NCBI RefSeq assembly: GCF_964213995.1
Contig: NC_135812.1
Coordinates: 46,438,001-46,502,000 of the forward strand
Reading direction: 5' to 3'
Length of the DNA stretch: 64,000 nt
DNA from: Mustelus asterias
Taxonomy: Eukaryota
Shown in pieces: positions 23,807-37,285 of the stretch (its first letter is position 1; each line of letters opens with the position of its first letter). Under the pieces are notes generated by a model. That model had not been told where the DNA came from. It did no database searches and saw only the letters and a list, made by a program, of their open reading frames with translations. The position numbers and the translations under genes are program-made.

Positions 23807-24805
23807 CCGCAATCAGTAAGGATAGGCAACAACACCTCCTCCACAATCATCCTCAACACCAGTGCCCCACAAGGCTGTGTCCTCAGCCCCTTACTATACT
23901 CCTTATACACCTATGACTGTGTGGCCAAATTCCCCTGCAACTCGATTTTCAGGTTTGCTGATGAAACCATCGTAGTGGATCGGTTCTCAAACAAACAATG
24001 ACGAGACAGAGTACAGGAATGAGATAGAGAATCTGGTGAACTGGTGTCATGACAATAATCTCTCCCTCAATGTCAGAAAAATGAAGGAGATAGTATCAAC
24101 TTCAGGAAGCATAATGGAGGACATGCCCCTGTCTACATCAATGGGGATGAAGTGAAAATGGTGGAGAGATTCAAGTTTCTAAGACTCCAGATCAACAACC
24201 TGTCCTGGTCTCTCCATGCTGATGCTATAATTGAGAAAGTCCACCAACACCTCTACTTCCTCAAGAGACTTAGGAAATTTGGCATTTCTGCTACGATTCT
24301 CACCAACTTTTACAGATGCACCATAGAAAGCATTCCTTCTGGTTATATCAGAGCTTGGTATGGCTCCTGTTCTGTCCGAGATCGCAAGAAACTACAAAAG
24401 GTCAGCAACAAAGCGCAGTCCATCAAGCAAGTCAGCCTCCCATCCATTGACACTGTCCACACTTCCCACTGCCTTGGAAAAGCAGCCAGCATGATCAAGT
24501 ACCCCACGCACCCCAGACATACTCTCTTCCACCTTCTTCTGTCGGGAAAAAGATACAAAAGTCTGAAATCATGAACTAACTGACTCAAAAACAACTTCTT
24601 CCCTGTTGCCATCAGACCTTTGAATGGACCTACCTCATGTTAAGTTGATCTTTCTCTACACCCTAGCTATGACTGTAACACTACATTCTGCACTCTCTCC
24701 TTTCCTTCTCTATGTACAGTATGTTCTGTCTGCATAGCGTGCAAGAAACAATACTTTTCACTGTATATACTAATACATGTGACAATAATAAATCAAATCA
24801 AATCT
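23807..24805 (+). mobile_element. 5'-truncated Rex1/Babar-like LINE
   Basis: GAPQGCVLSPLLYSLYT-like and FADE/D remnants, LYFLKRLRKFG..LTNFYRCTIES, HTLFHLLLSGKRYKSL; tail GTGACAATAATAAATCAAATCAAATC. Confidence 0.85.
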
Positions 24806-26152
24806 AAGATATATGCTTGGGATCATTCAACTGCAGATTCAATCCCGCACTCCACTGTCGCAAAGCTTCAAGGAATGCGCAAATGTTTTCCTCCACAGGC
24901 TAAAGTGAGACTAAATTTTGAGACTAGACTGTGTTTCTCCTGGGAACCTAATGGTGGACACTCATCAGTCTACTGTCCTCAAAGTCAGCTCAGATACAAG
25001 AAATAAATACATTAATTGAGCAAAGAACATCTGTAAAACAGGATGAAAATTCATATAACAAGGCATTTAGCTTGAGCAAGCACATTTAAACATGTATTTG
25101 ATGGCAAATTTGAGAGTTCATCCTTGTATCTAACTGGACTCCCTAAACCCCTCCATCTACTTCTCCTGCCTCAAAATCCTCCTCCAAGTCCATCTCTCTG
25201 CCCAAAGTTTTGGTCAACCTTCCTAATAGCTTCTTCTTCACCTCAGCATCCATTTTCATTTGATTAAATCTTAGTGAAACTCCATAGGACATTATTCCAT
25301 GTTAAGTGAAAGTTGTTTGTTGTTATGATGCAGATTACACCAAGCTCCAGAAAGGAGTTTTTTTTCCAATTTTGAACAATATCCACATTGAACATTCCCA
25401 GCTAAATTATAATACAGGCTAAATCAGATTAAATCCCACCCTAATAATGTATATTAAACTATAGAAGCACTCACTTAATGTACTACTGGGACACTTAACT
25501 TTTTATGGTACTAGTGGGAGATTTTACCTGCCATATCGGAGGGCTCTAAGTGAGGCTGCTGAATTTTGATTTGTGTCGTGAAAGGTTGATTTGATCTGAT
25601 GCTTTTATAGCCAGCAGGCACAGAAGGCTTTCCTGCACATTTTTCACCTAGATGCTAACCCACGTATATTAAATTGGTTATCATCTCTGAAAATAGCAGG
25701 CATGGTATTTTCATGACAACACGTTCAGCTCTTGTATGCTGATATTCACAAAGCACAATTTCAAGGCAAAGACACAATTCAAAATTACTCACTCACTTCA
25801 CCTTGAACTGGTCTATTCAGATTCTCAAGATTTGAAAGATCATGATGTGCCAATGAACTACACCAATAGTGTCCAATGACCATTATTTGTCCTTTCTGAA
25901 GCTCATTCACTCAAGTGTTGTGGAAAACTAGTGGAACGTATGTAACTACATGAACGCGAGTTCTAAAATAATCAGCAGGTTGCATCAATGTGACTGAATC
26001 ACATCTCCAATAATATCACATATTACCATAACAGAATCATTTCTTATAGTTTCACCTGACAAATACAAAGCGAGTGAGAAGTTACTCAAGATACACTGAA
26101 TAGCAAATTCAATTTCTTCAATAGTTTGCACCATTTACTGTACAGCATCAGC

Positions 26153-27200
26153 TACAGTAAGTAGTCTCACAACACCAAGTTAAAGTCCAACAGGTTTATT
26201 TGGTAAGCACGAGCTTTCGGAGCGCTGCTCCTTCATCAGGTGAGTGCAGGATTTGTTTCACAAACAGGGCATATATAGACACAAACTCAATTACAAGATA
26301 ATGGTTGGAATGCAAGTCTTAACTAATCAAGTCTTTACAGGTTCAGACAACGTGAGCGGAGAGAGGGTTAAGCACAGGTTAAAGAGGTGTGAATTGTCTC
26401 AAACCAGGAAAGTTAGTGAGATTTTGCAAGCCCGGGCACATCATGGGGGTTACAGAGAGCGTGACATGAACCCAAGATCCCGGTTGAGCCGTCCTCATGT
26501 GTGCAGAACTTGGCTATCAGTTTCTACTCGGCGATTCTGCATTGTCGTGTGTCTTGAAGACCGCCTTGGAGAACGCTTACCTGAAGATCAGAGGCTGAAT
26601 GCCCTTGACTGCTGAAGTGTTCCCCGACAGGAAGGGAGCACTCCTGCCTGGTGATTGTCGAGCAATTCATCCATTGTCGTAGCATCTGCATGGTCTCCCC
26701 ATTGTACCATGCCTCGGGACATCCTTTCCTGCATTTCAGGTAGATAATATTGGCCGAGTTGCAAGAGTATGTACCGTGTACCTGGTAGGTGATGTTCTCT
26801 CGTGAGATGATGGCATCCATGTCGATGATCCGGCACGTCTTGCAGAGGTTGCTGTGGCAGGCTTGTGTGGTGTCGTGGTCACTGTTCGCCTGAAGGCTGG
26901 GTAGTTTGTTGCGTACAATAGTCTGTTTGAGGTTGCGCGGTTGATTGAAGGCAAGTAGTGGGGGTGGCCTTGGAGAGATGTTCGTCTTCATCGATGACAT
27001 ATTGAAGGCTCCGGAGAAGATGTCATAGTTTCTCCGCTCCGGGGAAGTACTGGATGACGAAGGGTACTCTGTCCGCCGTGTCCCCTGTTTGTCTTCTGAG
27101 GAGGACTGTGCGGTTTTTCACTGTGGCGCGTCGGAACTGTCGATCAATAAGTTGAGCACCATATCCTGTTCTTACGAGGGCGTCTTTCAGCACTACAGCA
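26153..27200 (-). mobile_element. Penelope-like element 3' part (GIY-YIG endonuclease remnant + pLTR)
   Basis: CKTC...TYSCNSANIIYLKCRKGCPEAWYNGET...PVGEHF motifs; pLTR 26153-26245. Confidence 0.9.
26208..26242 (-). ncRNA. Minimal type I hammerhead ribozyme motif in Penelope pLTR
   Basis: CAC-CUGAUGA-A-GGAGC-AGC-GCUCC-GAAA-G-CUC-GUG: intact core boxes, helix II GGAGC/GCUCC, palindromic AGCU helix III, helix I CAC/GUG. Confidence 0.75.
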
Positions 27201-30200
27201 TAAAACCACACAGACCTCCTCAGAAGACAAACATGGGACTTTCCAGCATTTTCCATTTTTGTTTCAAATTTCAGCATCTGCAGTATTTTGCCATGAAGAA
27301 CTGCTTGATGCTTTGGTTAACGCACAAGAATAGAGTGAAGCTAATAAAAACATCATTGCCTGGGCTAAAATCTATCCCCAATTCTCTCCCAAACTGTGTA
27401 TGGTCCACTCTCAATTCAGTTCTTTAAGCAAGAGTTCACATTATAAACTGCTATTAATCTGGTAGCAAACTGCCAGTTTTTTTCATACTATTACAGGTGG
27501 CCATCCTAAAATTTTCAGCACACTGATGCCAAAAGCAATTTAACTAGTTCACTGCAGGCTGACATGCATTCAAGGGGTGGTGGGTGTTTCTTGTACCTTT
27601 TGTTGTGCTTTGTACTATTGCTTTTAAATTTTATCAGATTGCTTTTCAATCCCTACCAATTGAAAAAAGGTTAACTGATCTTCATGATGGACTAGACACT
27701 CAACTGTAAAGGCTTGGACTTTGTCTGCACTATCTGTGGGAGGCTAAGAAAAGATGGTCCAGGAAATAAAATAGCAAGCTATACTGGGTTAGTTGGAATG
27801 TGAGGCAAGTTTCTAGAGAAGAGCAAAGACAGTTTTGCACTCTAACAATTTATATAGCATTAGATTAATTGGAGATTGATCGATACTGACATTACATACA
27901 AAAATGTGTTAAATTGCAGCATTGCATCTCTCTACTTGCTAAGCACTTAGTTTAGAACATAATGCTTTAATAGTGAAATACTGTATTATGTTATGTATTT
28001 AATTATTGTGAAGCTGTGTTTCATTGATCACTAACATTAATAATCAGTTTTCTAACTGAAGCCAGAGTGCATCTTTACATCATACAGAATTTCATTGCAA
28101 TACAGAAGACAATCCTGTCTGAAAATGAAGATCAAAGTCTAACTGTTCCATGTAAGGTGGAATTTATGAGCCTCCAGCCATACTGAACTGGCTATACTGT
28201 GACAGTGGGAACAGAGTGATAGTATCCCATTAAAATTACAGGTGTACAAATTGCTATGACCACATTAAGATCTCAGCCATAAATCAATTTGAACATTCAT
28301 AGAATGTTCTACAATGCGGAATACGACTGTTCTCAGCAAAGCCTGCTTCAATGTTCGTTTGACATGAATAGACAAAATGGTTCACTCCTGCATAAAAATG
28401 TGGTGGAAATATTGAATTTTGGACTGTGTCAGTATATAAAGAACTCTTTAACTTGACCTGAAGACCAGTATGAATTGTTTCATTGCGCACAAGATGAGGA
28501 TATAGTTTAGAATTTTTCTTGGATGATATGCAAAGACTTCTATTACCAGCAACTGACTGATACATTCCATGAAATTGGCCAATATTGCCAGGCTGATAAG
28601 CAGTTATAAAAGAAAGAAAGTGATATAGTTGACATCAGTGACCAACTAGTGAAAGAAGGGCTGTGTGAACAGTAACCATATGATCAAGAATCTGCATCTC
28701 AAAGCTAGAAATGGGAAGAAAAGATTTGTATTTGGAAAAGAAAATAGATTCCTAAAGAAACAATCCCAAGGCAGTCAGATCCAAAACATATTGTTCCAAT
28801 TCCTTTGTGTTGCGTTATGTCATGATGGAGATTAGTTACAAACAATGACTGTGAATACACTGAATATTTGGTTAATTCTGCAATGCATTGTGACATAACA
28901 ATGTAACATATTACACCATTAACATGTCTAGGCCATTAAGAACCAAATTGGTTGTTTGTAAATTATAGATAGCATTTTTGTTATTTTAATGTTGTAATTA
29001 TTTGAAAAGTGGACTCAATGGATGGCAGGTTCTCTCAAAAGGTTTAATTCATCTTGAGCTGGATTTTCCTTTTAATGGAAACAAGTATTTTGAACAGCTG
29101 TGACAGAACTGTGCATCATGGTAGTCTGTTTGAAAAATTAACACTGTGACAGCTAATCCCCCTTTAATGTACTCTGGAGGTAAGATTTGATAGGAATGTA
29201 ATAAGTTATTCCTCCTAACTATGTATATAATCTCACATTGCTCCACCTTGTAATTTACCTGACCATTAGGTGCATGATACCAAAACACACTGTAATGATA
29301 GCAGCACTGACATTTGCCAGAGACTGCTGAGAATAGAATTTAGTCACTTATTTGCGATAAAAAGTTCACTATATTTGACCTGTGCAGACACGTTATTTCT
29401 GTTATCAGTCTCGGGACTGAGGCTTTGTACTGTCAATTCATTTCAGCTTCTAGGGAAGAAGCAATTGCATTCAAACAAGTGATTGCAATTACCACATTAG
29501 TCTAAGAGAGCTTTCTGTTGAATGAACTTGCTTCAATGCTTATCCAGTCTCTCTCTACCAATTACATTGAATCAAACATCGAGTGTTCAGCAGCTGGAGG
29601 AATGACCTATGTGGGGGCATTTTGCTGAAACAGCATAGCTTGGCAAGTGTAGAGAAGAAGATACAGCTGGATTGAGGCATTTCTCAAGTCGACTGAGTAG
29701 CAGTATCTACTATTACATTTCTAAATAATTCTGTGATAAGGAAACATTGGGAATTGCTCATTCAAATTCAACTCATCAAGCAATTGTCAAAACATAGATC
29801 CATCCAAACACTTATTTATAGGCACAAATGTTTATTTACTCCCCAAATTGCTCTGCACACTAAGTAGTTGCAAAATTACTTTTTTACTCACAACATAGTA
29901 ACCAGATAGCATGGTGCTATCTGATCTCAGCCGCATTGTCAGTAATGTCAGTGGTAATCCTCAGAGGGACTAATGAAGGGAAAATCAGCTGGGGGTTCCT
30001 GGACCTGATCACTATCCAGTGATGCCTGTTGGAAATTGTGTTTGCATACACAAACTGGGACAAAATCAGTGTTGATCATGATGTGCTCAATAATGGTGGT
30101 TACCAGCGGTTACCAATCTCCAGTACAAGCAAGCATCTTTGGAAAAGAGATAAAATTTGCAGAAGGATTGAGGACACAATGTCTGAATAATGTAGCTATG

Positions 30201-30389
30201 ATCTCTCTAAGTGCAAGTAGCAACACCATGATTATAAAATGTGCATAAGATCAGCAGGTGCCAAGTGCTATTTTGGGTACATCTCTGGCATCATGAAGCA
30301 GAAACTGAACTGGACCAGTCATGTAAATACTGTGGCTACAAGAGCAAGATCAGAGAAAATCTTTGGCGAGTAACTCACCTCCTGACAAG

Positions 30390-31092
30390 TGTTATAATTC
30401 CGGTCAGAAACTCCAAAGCGTTTTATGGAGCCCGCCTGGATCATAAGATTTGCACTTTGAATTTGGCTAGGATAAGCATGATATGTTTTCACTTCAGGCA
30501 TGATTCAAATGACCCACTAGGGAGCTTTTATCAAACAAAGTTTATTTAAGAATATGGTTAACATGTATAGTAAGAAAATTAGCAATAACATTTATCAATT
30601 ACAGCCAAAAGCAAAACAACCACAATAATGTATAACCCTTAATAAATGTATCTAAAATGTTCCAATCAAACAAAAACTTCCCATAGACAAGAAAACCCTT
30701 TCCACAGGTTTAACATAGCAAAGACAAATGCTCACATGATACTACAACTGAGTCCTTTGGTTGGAGAATTGAAAATCCTGACTTCTCAGCTTTGTAACTT
30801 TTAGCAGCCCTCTGGACACACTCAGAACAGTTTGAAGTCAGAACAGCTTCCCAGAACACCAGAGAGAGACCCTGGTCAAGCCACCAACAGCAGATGTTCT
30901 ACTCCAGGAAGGCAAGAAGCCTTGCTTTCAGTGAACCAGAAGAATTTCCAAAACCAGGGAGAGGGAGAAATACTTATTTTCAGCTTTGAGCAAGGGAACC
31001 CATCTCTCAACATTTCTTTTGAAAAGTTATTACTGTTCAGGAACCCGCACCACATGGTTGGTCTTGATCCTAAACAGTGGGTTTCTGTTACA
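30390..31092 (-). mobile_element. Solo LTR-like sequence
   Basis: TGT...ACA termini, minus-strand AATAAA at about 30541-30546; no clear TSD. Confidence 0.5.
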
Positions 31093-31275
31093 CCCTTATG
31101 AAGCTAGTGTGCATTTACATTCACTCATTCAGCATGCCACTACTGCAGATTAAAGGAGGTTGTGCCTTTTACCTTCATGCCTGCCTTTCACTTGTCTTCA
31201 GAGTCACAAATGGAAGTTTCTTCCTCCCCAACACAAGGTATTCAAGAAACTCCCTGAAGGGCAAAGAAATAATGA

Positions 31276-31395
31276 AGATAAAAGCAAAATACTGTGGATG
31301 CTGGAATCCGAAACAAAAACAGAAAATGCTGGAAAATCTCAGCAGGTCACAGATGCTGTCAGACCTGCTGAGATTCTTCAGCATTTTCTGTTTGT
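31276..31395. mobile_element. Inverted Penelope pLTR fragment
   Basis: AAACAGAAAATGCTGGAAAATCTCAGCAGGTC / GACCTGCTGAGATTCTTCAGCATTTTCTGTTT inverted pair; same family as 11940 and 47575. Confidence 0.65.
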
Positions 31396-32179
31396 GTAAG
31401 AAATAATGAAGGCCTGGCATAGTGTCATCCCTTGTCATTGTCCAGGGATGTCACTGGACTTATTTATGACAAAGTTATTCTCCTCATGGAAAATCAGGGC
31501 TCATGTTTTTAACAACAAGGCTCACAAATGTTTAATTTGATGATTAGTTAGATAATTGCTGAACTTTCAACTTTGGCAGGGCTGAAAACAATGTTGGATC
31601 AGTCGTTCAATGTTCAACCTGCCAACTGAAGTGAATGAAAAGGAGATTCAGGCTTGTCAGTCCACCTTCACCCATTTTACATCCTCCATTCCCAAAAAAG
31701 ATGAATGCTCCGCCCTTTTTAAAGTTATCACTTAAATCCTTTGGATCCAGTAGTTGTAATTCCTCCATTGCTTTCCAAACAATGACATATCACCCATAAT
31801 TGGCCTTCCCCAAATCTGCGTTGAGTTATTTACGTGAACTTTGGTAATGAATGGTTAGGCTAGATTGTGTTACTCCAAAGTGAATCTACAACAAAAACAA
31901 CCTGCGGTTAGATAGAGCCTTTACTCAGTCAAATGCCCAAAGGCTTTTCACAGTAGGGTTATCAGACACAATTTGACACCAAGCCATATCTATCTCAGAG
32001 TCCAAGGGATGTGTGCCTTGTTCTGGATTGACTGCAATCTGTCCCCAGCTGAAGGTGCTTGGCATATCCAGGCATCATTACAAATTGTTGCAGCTAAACA
32101 ATTTCTCGAATTAAGTACTGATGAATGGTGTGTTTCACCACAGAAGGAAAGGGTATACCTTTTCTAAGACAACCGTTTT

Positions 32180-32510
32180 CATGTGTTCACAGGATGTGGG
32201 CATCGCTGACAAGGTCAACATTTATTGCCCATCAATAATTGCTCTCAATGTGGTGGTGGTGAGTTACCTTCTTGAACCGCTGCAGCCCAAATGTTGTAGG
32301 TATATCCACAGTGCTCAGTGACAGTGAAGAAACGGTAATGTCAGGATGATTTGTGACTTGGAAGGGAACTTGCAGGAGATGGTGTTCCCGTACACTGCAG
32401 CCTTTGTCCTTCTAAGTGCGAGAAGGGTTTGGAGGGTGCTGTCGAAGGAGAATCGGTGAGTTGCTGCAGTGCATCTTATAGATGGTACATACTGCTGCCA
32501 CTGTGTGTCA
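32180..32510 (-). mobile_element. 3' fragment of the old CR1/L2-superclade LINE
   Basis: Reverse complement is collinear with 9190-9540. Confidence 0.7.
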
Positions 32511-33939
32511 CGGTCCTTTAGTTAATCAATTCCACTCATATTTCCTAAACAGCTGCTACTGCAAGCTGTTACTCTGTACAATCCAATATAACCATTGGAG
32601 TTCTTTTCCAACACATTATTAAATGCATGAGATGATATCTGCCCGTTTCAGTTTTAGCTTCTGGAAGGATTGATCTGTGGCAAGTAATTTGATTAATATT
32701 CACATGTGAAATCTGTTGTACCATCAGGATCCAGTAGTAAACCTAGCTCTTTCCACCTTTAATTTCATTACATGTTCTGATACAGTTTTATATGGAAACA
32801 TAGAAACTAGAAGCAGGAGTAGGCTATTCTGCCCTTTGAGCCTGAACTGCCATTCATTTTGAACATGGCTGATATTCCTCTTGATCTTTCTGTTACCTCA
32901 CTCTAAGAATCTTACCAAGAACTTGCCTCAAAGCAGCAAAGACTAAGGTAATGCAAATTTGCGATGATGCTGTACAAAAAGCGAGATACCTCTACAGTGC
33001 CAGTAATAACAGTGAGTTTGCAGCAAGCATCATGCACTCAGATTTAATTGTATGAGTCTCAAGGAAACTAGAATGGAATCTTGAGAGAACAGAACAAGTC
33101 AACAAACATAATAAATCTTACCCAATGAGTGTCAGCATTCTTTATTATCTCTCCCAGCCCGATATTAAGAACAACTGAAGAAGACAGATTTTATATTAAA
33201 AGTTGAAGCTTTAGGAGAAATATACTATTATATTTTGAATTATGGAAACAATATTTCACAACTTACCCTCTCAGACCTCTCCTAATCTTGGAGATTTCTG
33301 CCAGATCTCTCTTAATCTTCTTGGTTCCAGTTAAAAATTAGCAATTTTTTAGAGTCTTTTTTTCGTAACTGTTGTCTCTTATTCATGGTATCATTCTTGT
33401 GAATCTTTATTGTAATTTACATGTCTAAAATATCCACCCTTCAATGGGGAGTTCCTACCACTTAAATAATGTCTTGCCAAAATTCAACATCATTTCCTTG
33501 CTTTTGTATGCAATGACCCCATGTATAAACACTAGGATTGCAGTTGTCTTTCTCACTCCCAATGCTATAGATCAGTGTATCTAGATCCCTTGATCTCCAT
33601 TACTCCATTCTAAGATTACTATCATTTCGGGTATGCTGATTCTCATTATTCTTTGCCCCAAAATGTCCTTCTTCATACTTCTATCCAGGTCACTTTTTCT
33701 AACCTGTTTTCTCTCATCTTTTTCTACATTATCTGACCACAGTCTCATGTCAGGAAACTTGAACACAGGAACGGGAGTTAGACATTCAGACCCTCTGGGG
33801 TATTTCTACCATTCAGTTCACTCACGGCTGATTTGTATTCCATTTACCTGCTTGGTTTTCATATCCCTCAATGTTTTTACCCAGGAAAATCTATCACAAT
33901 CTTGAACCTTTCTGACTATCTACTACTTTGAATTGACCT

Positions 33940-34165
33940 GATGTGGAGATGTAGGCATTGGACTGAGGTGGGCACAGTAAGAAGTCTCACGACACCAGGT
34001 TAAACTCCAACAGGTTTATTTGAAATCACGAGCTTTTGGAGCACTGCTCCTTCATCAGGTGACATCGTCACTGTCACTCACCTGATGAAGGAGCAGCGCT
34101 TCAAAAGCTCATGATACTAAATAAACCTGTTGGACTTTAACCTGGTGTTGTGAGATTTCTTATTG
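33940..34165. mobile_element. Palindromic Penelope pLTR mini-element with two decayed hammerhead motifs
   Basis: About 85-bp inverted arms centred near 34070; CUGAUGA on both strands, GAAA mutated to AAAA in both. Confidence 0.8.
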
Positions 34166-34898
34166 AATATGACCTAGCATCATCCAGTTTTCTAGGGAAA
34201 GTGTGTTCCAGATTTTCACCCCTTTGTCCAGAGGAAGTGCTTCCTGCCATCACTCCTGAATGGCTTCCCTCTAAGCTTAAGTTTATGCTCACTTGCTCTG
34301 GACTCCCCTGTCAGAAGAAAGAGTTTCTCTCGGCCAATCGTATCCAATTTTCAACTGCCAAACATTTCAATTAGAATACACCTTCATCTTCTACAATCAA
34401 GGGAATTCTTCTCAAGTCCCATTCTGGTGAATTTGCACTGGAACCGCTTCAAGGTTAATGTATCCTTCGTGAAATCAGCTCCTTGGAGTCCTTAATATAG
34501 GATGACATCAGTCAACACTTTGAAAAGTGGAATCTTTCCTTAAATGTTTACCCAGGATACTTCTGTTAGAATATCAGGACAATAAAGATACATCACGTAA
34601 CCGGAAGGAACAGCAATTTTACACAGAAATAATTATGCACATTGGTTCAGTGCGTAAGCTGTCATCTGAGAGGGTTGAAGTAGGATTTTCCAGAGTTTTT
34701 TCCTTGATCAATCGTGGTCTTTGTTCTTTTTTGCCTCTCTCAGAAATTTACATGGATGTGGAAGAGAGGATGGTGGGAAGTGTCTCATTCTGATGTTCAA
34801 GCCATAATGAATGTGGGGGAGGCTTGTTGGATCAGCCGGTCTTTTCCTACAGTCAGCTACTATATTGTAACGCTTTCCATCTCATAGCAACAGATCAA

Positions 34899-35690
34899 AG
34901 GTGGAATTTTCCCAAAAATGTGCAAAGTGCCAGGTTCTGACTGAAAACCAGTGGGTTTCTCCCCAGAGGAACAGGTAGTTTTCTTTCCAGATCTTATGAC
35001 ACTTTGCCATTTTAAAGTAGAACGAGGTGAAGGGGGTGTTTTCCGCCCTCACTGAGAGAGTCGGGGCTTAAAGATGCTGATGAGGCCGGTTCCACAGGAT
35101 CTTTTTAAAGGGTGCTCCGATCTCAAATTACATTAAAGGCCCACTTCCCCCAACTTTTTTGCCAGCACCAGTGGCTTGGACACCCCTCCCTCCTGTCCCA
35201 CCTCCCCCCCCGCCACACCCACCAGCATTGGGGCATCGGCAACCCCCGCCCATCACATGAAGCAAAAGGGGTTCAGCCCCTCTTAGGCCACACGTTCTGC
35301 CAGCAGCAGTGCCCCATGTCCCTGACCACCCGGGGGGCTACACTGACCTCCACGCTCCTAACATGGTCATCATGACATGTTTCCACTTCTAGAAACTGCA
35401 AACCTGTAAGCAATGGCGTCAAGCCATTTTAAAATATTTAAATATATGTTAATCTATGGTAATCAGGTTCACATTCCCGTTGGTGGTGGTGGTGGTGGTG
35501 GGGCGGGGCGGGGTGGGGCGGGGGGGGGGGAGGGGGGGGAGAAAGAGAGAGAGAGAGAGAGAGTGGTGCAGAGAGAGGCCTCATCCAGAGATCTCCCTGG
35601 CATAAATCCCATTATGGCCCTCTCCCAAGAGTTTCCAGCCATAATGGGATTTGCGTCCACATGAACGTGGCCAGAAAATCACTCCGCAAT
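34899..35690. mobile_element. Possible MITE-like element
   Basis: Starts GGTGGAATTTTCC, ends GAAAATCACTCC; GC-richer interior. Confidence 0.3.
35481..35563 (+). repeat. G-rich simple repeat (GGT)n/(GGGGC)n/polyG/(GA)n, G-quadruplex-prone
   Basis: Directly visible low-complexity tract with more than four G-runs. Confidence 0.85.
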
Positions 35691-36234
35691 TTGTAGAGTA
35701 GACAAAGGAAGATTATAATGAACCACACGAGAAAGCATAGCTAACAGAAGGTCAGTGTGTCCAGGAAATAATGAGCAGAGGCATCAGAAACTGATTATTA
35801 CGCTGGAGACCACTGGTTCCATGTTATGAATCTGATCAGGGTTCAAATGCAGTAAAGTTTAAACTCACTGGGACTTGAATGTGAGTAAATGCAGCAATCT
35901 AATTGCCAGTAACAATATCCGAAGACACAGTTAAGCAAATTATTATCCTATATAGTTGAAATATGGAGCTTATTCCACACATTTGCAAAAATATTCTAAA
36001 CAAGACAGTTTGGCACAGATTAGAAACCAACAAATGCAGAATGTGTATGATGCTTATAAAAGTCAATTTTGAATTTGTTTCTATGAATAATGAAGTTGGA
36101 TTCAGGCAGAAAATAAAATCTGTCTTCAATATTTCTTGATTTGGTTTTAACAGTTGGCTTATAACTGAGGCTGCAATTGTATGGAACACAAAATTGTTGA
36201 AGGAAGGATGAACTTGCATTCATATAGTGAATTC

Positions 36235-36600
36235 CATGATTTCTGGATACCCCAGGGCACTTTGCCGCCAATGGTATTTTTGAAATCTAGACATCGTGTA
36301 GGAAACATTGTCAATTTTCAGAGAGGAAGGGCCCAAAAAGAGCAGTATGCGAATGAGCAGACGATTTGTTTAGTGTTGTTTGAGAGATAAATATTGGCCA
36401 GGTCACTGGAGAGAACTCCACTCTTCTTCAGCCTAGTGCCACTGAATCTTTTACATACAGCTGAGAGGGCAGATGGGCCTCAGATTAATGCCTCATTCAA
36501 AACACACAGTTTATCACTCCCTCAGAGTTTCCTTAAAGCATCAGCATATACTATGGGCTTGGGATTTGAATCTGCAACCTTATGACTCACAGGCAAGGCA
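36235..36600 (-). mobile_element. DeuSINE-like copy
   Basis: Collinear with 22765-23125 (AAATATTGGCCAGG...GAACTCC..CTCTTCTTC...GTGCCA...ATCTTTTACAT...GAGAGGGCAGATGGGCCTC on plus). Confidence 0.6.
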
Positions 36601-36894
36601 GAGCAACATTCAGCACTCAAACAGAGGGTAAGTTAGCTCTGTATTGTTGGAAAAAGTACAAGTTGAATGATACAGCATTGAAGGAAGCAATTCAGCCTAT
36701 AATGCCTTTGCCAGTTGTTTGAAAGAGCTTTCCAATTAGTCTCACTCACCTGCCCTTTCCCCATAGCGTAACAAATGTTTCACTTTCAAAGATATATCCC
36801 ATTCCCTTTTGAACATTGCTATTGAATCTGTTTCAATCATCTTATCAGGCAGTGCAATTCATAACAATTCACTGCATGTATTATATCACTCATG

Positions 36895-37285
36895 CTGCTT
36901 CTGGTTGAGGGGAGGTTTGATGGAGATCTTCAAAATCACAAGGAGTTGGGACAGAATAGACAGGGAGAAACTGCTTCCATCGGCATAAGGGACAAGAACC
37001 AGAGAACAACGCTGTAAGGTGAATGGTAAAAGAACCAAAGGAATCAGAGGAGATTTGTTTTAAAAAAAGCGCGGTTAGGAGCTGGAATGCACTGCCTGAG
37101 TGTCTTTTAGAAGCAGCTTCAATTGTGACTTTCAAAAAGGTATTGGATAATTATCTAAATAGAAGAAAAATTGTACAGCCACAGGGATAAGGTGAATGGA
37201 GTCAGCCGAGTTGCTCTTACAGAGAGCTAGCAAAGTAACAGTGGTCCAAATAGCCTCCTTCTGTATTGCAACCATTCGAATGATT
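36895..37285 (+). mobile_element. Degenerate CR1 3' fragment
   Basis: LRGGLMEIFKI..WNALP remnants and CR1-type 3' UTR. Confidence 0.7.
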
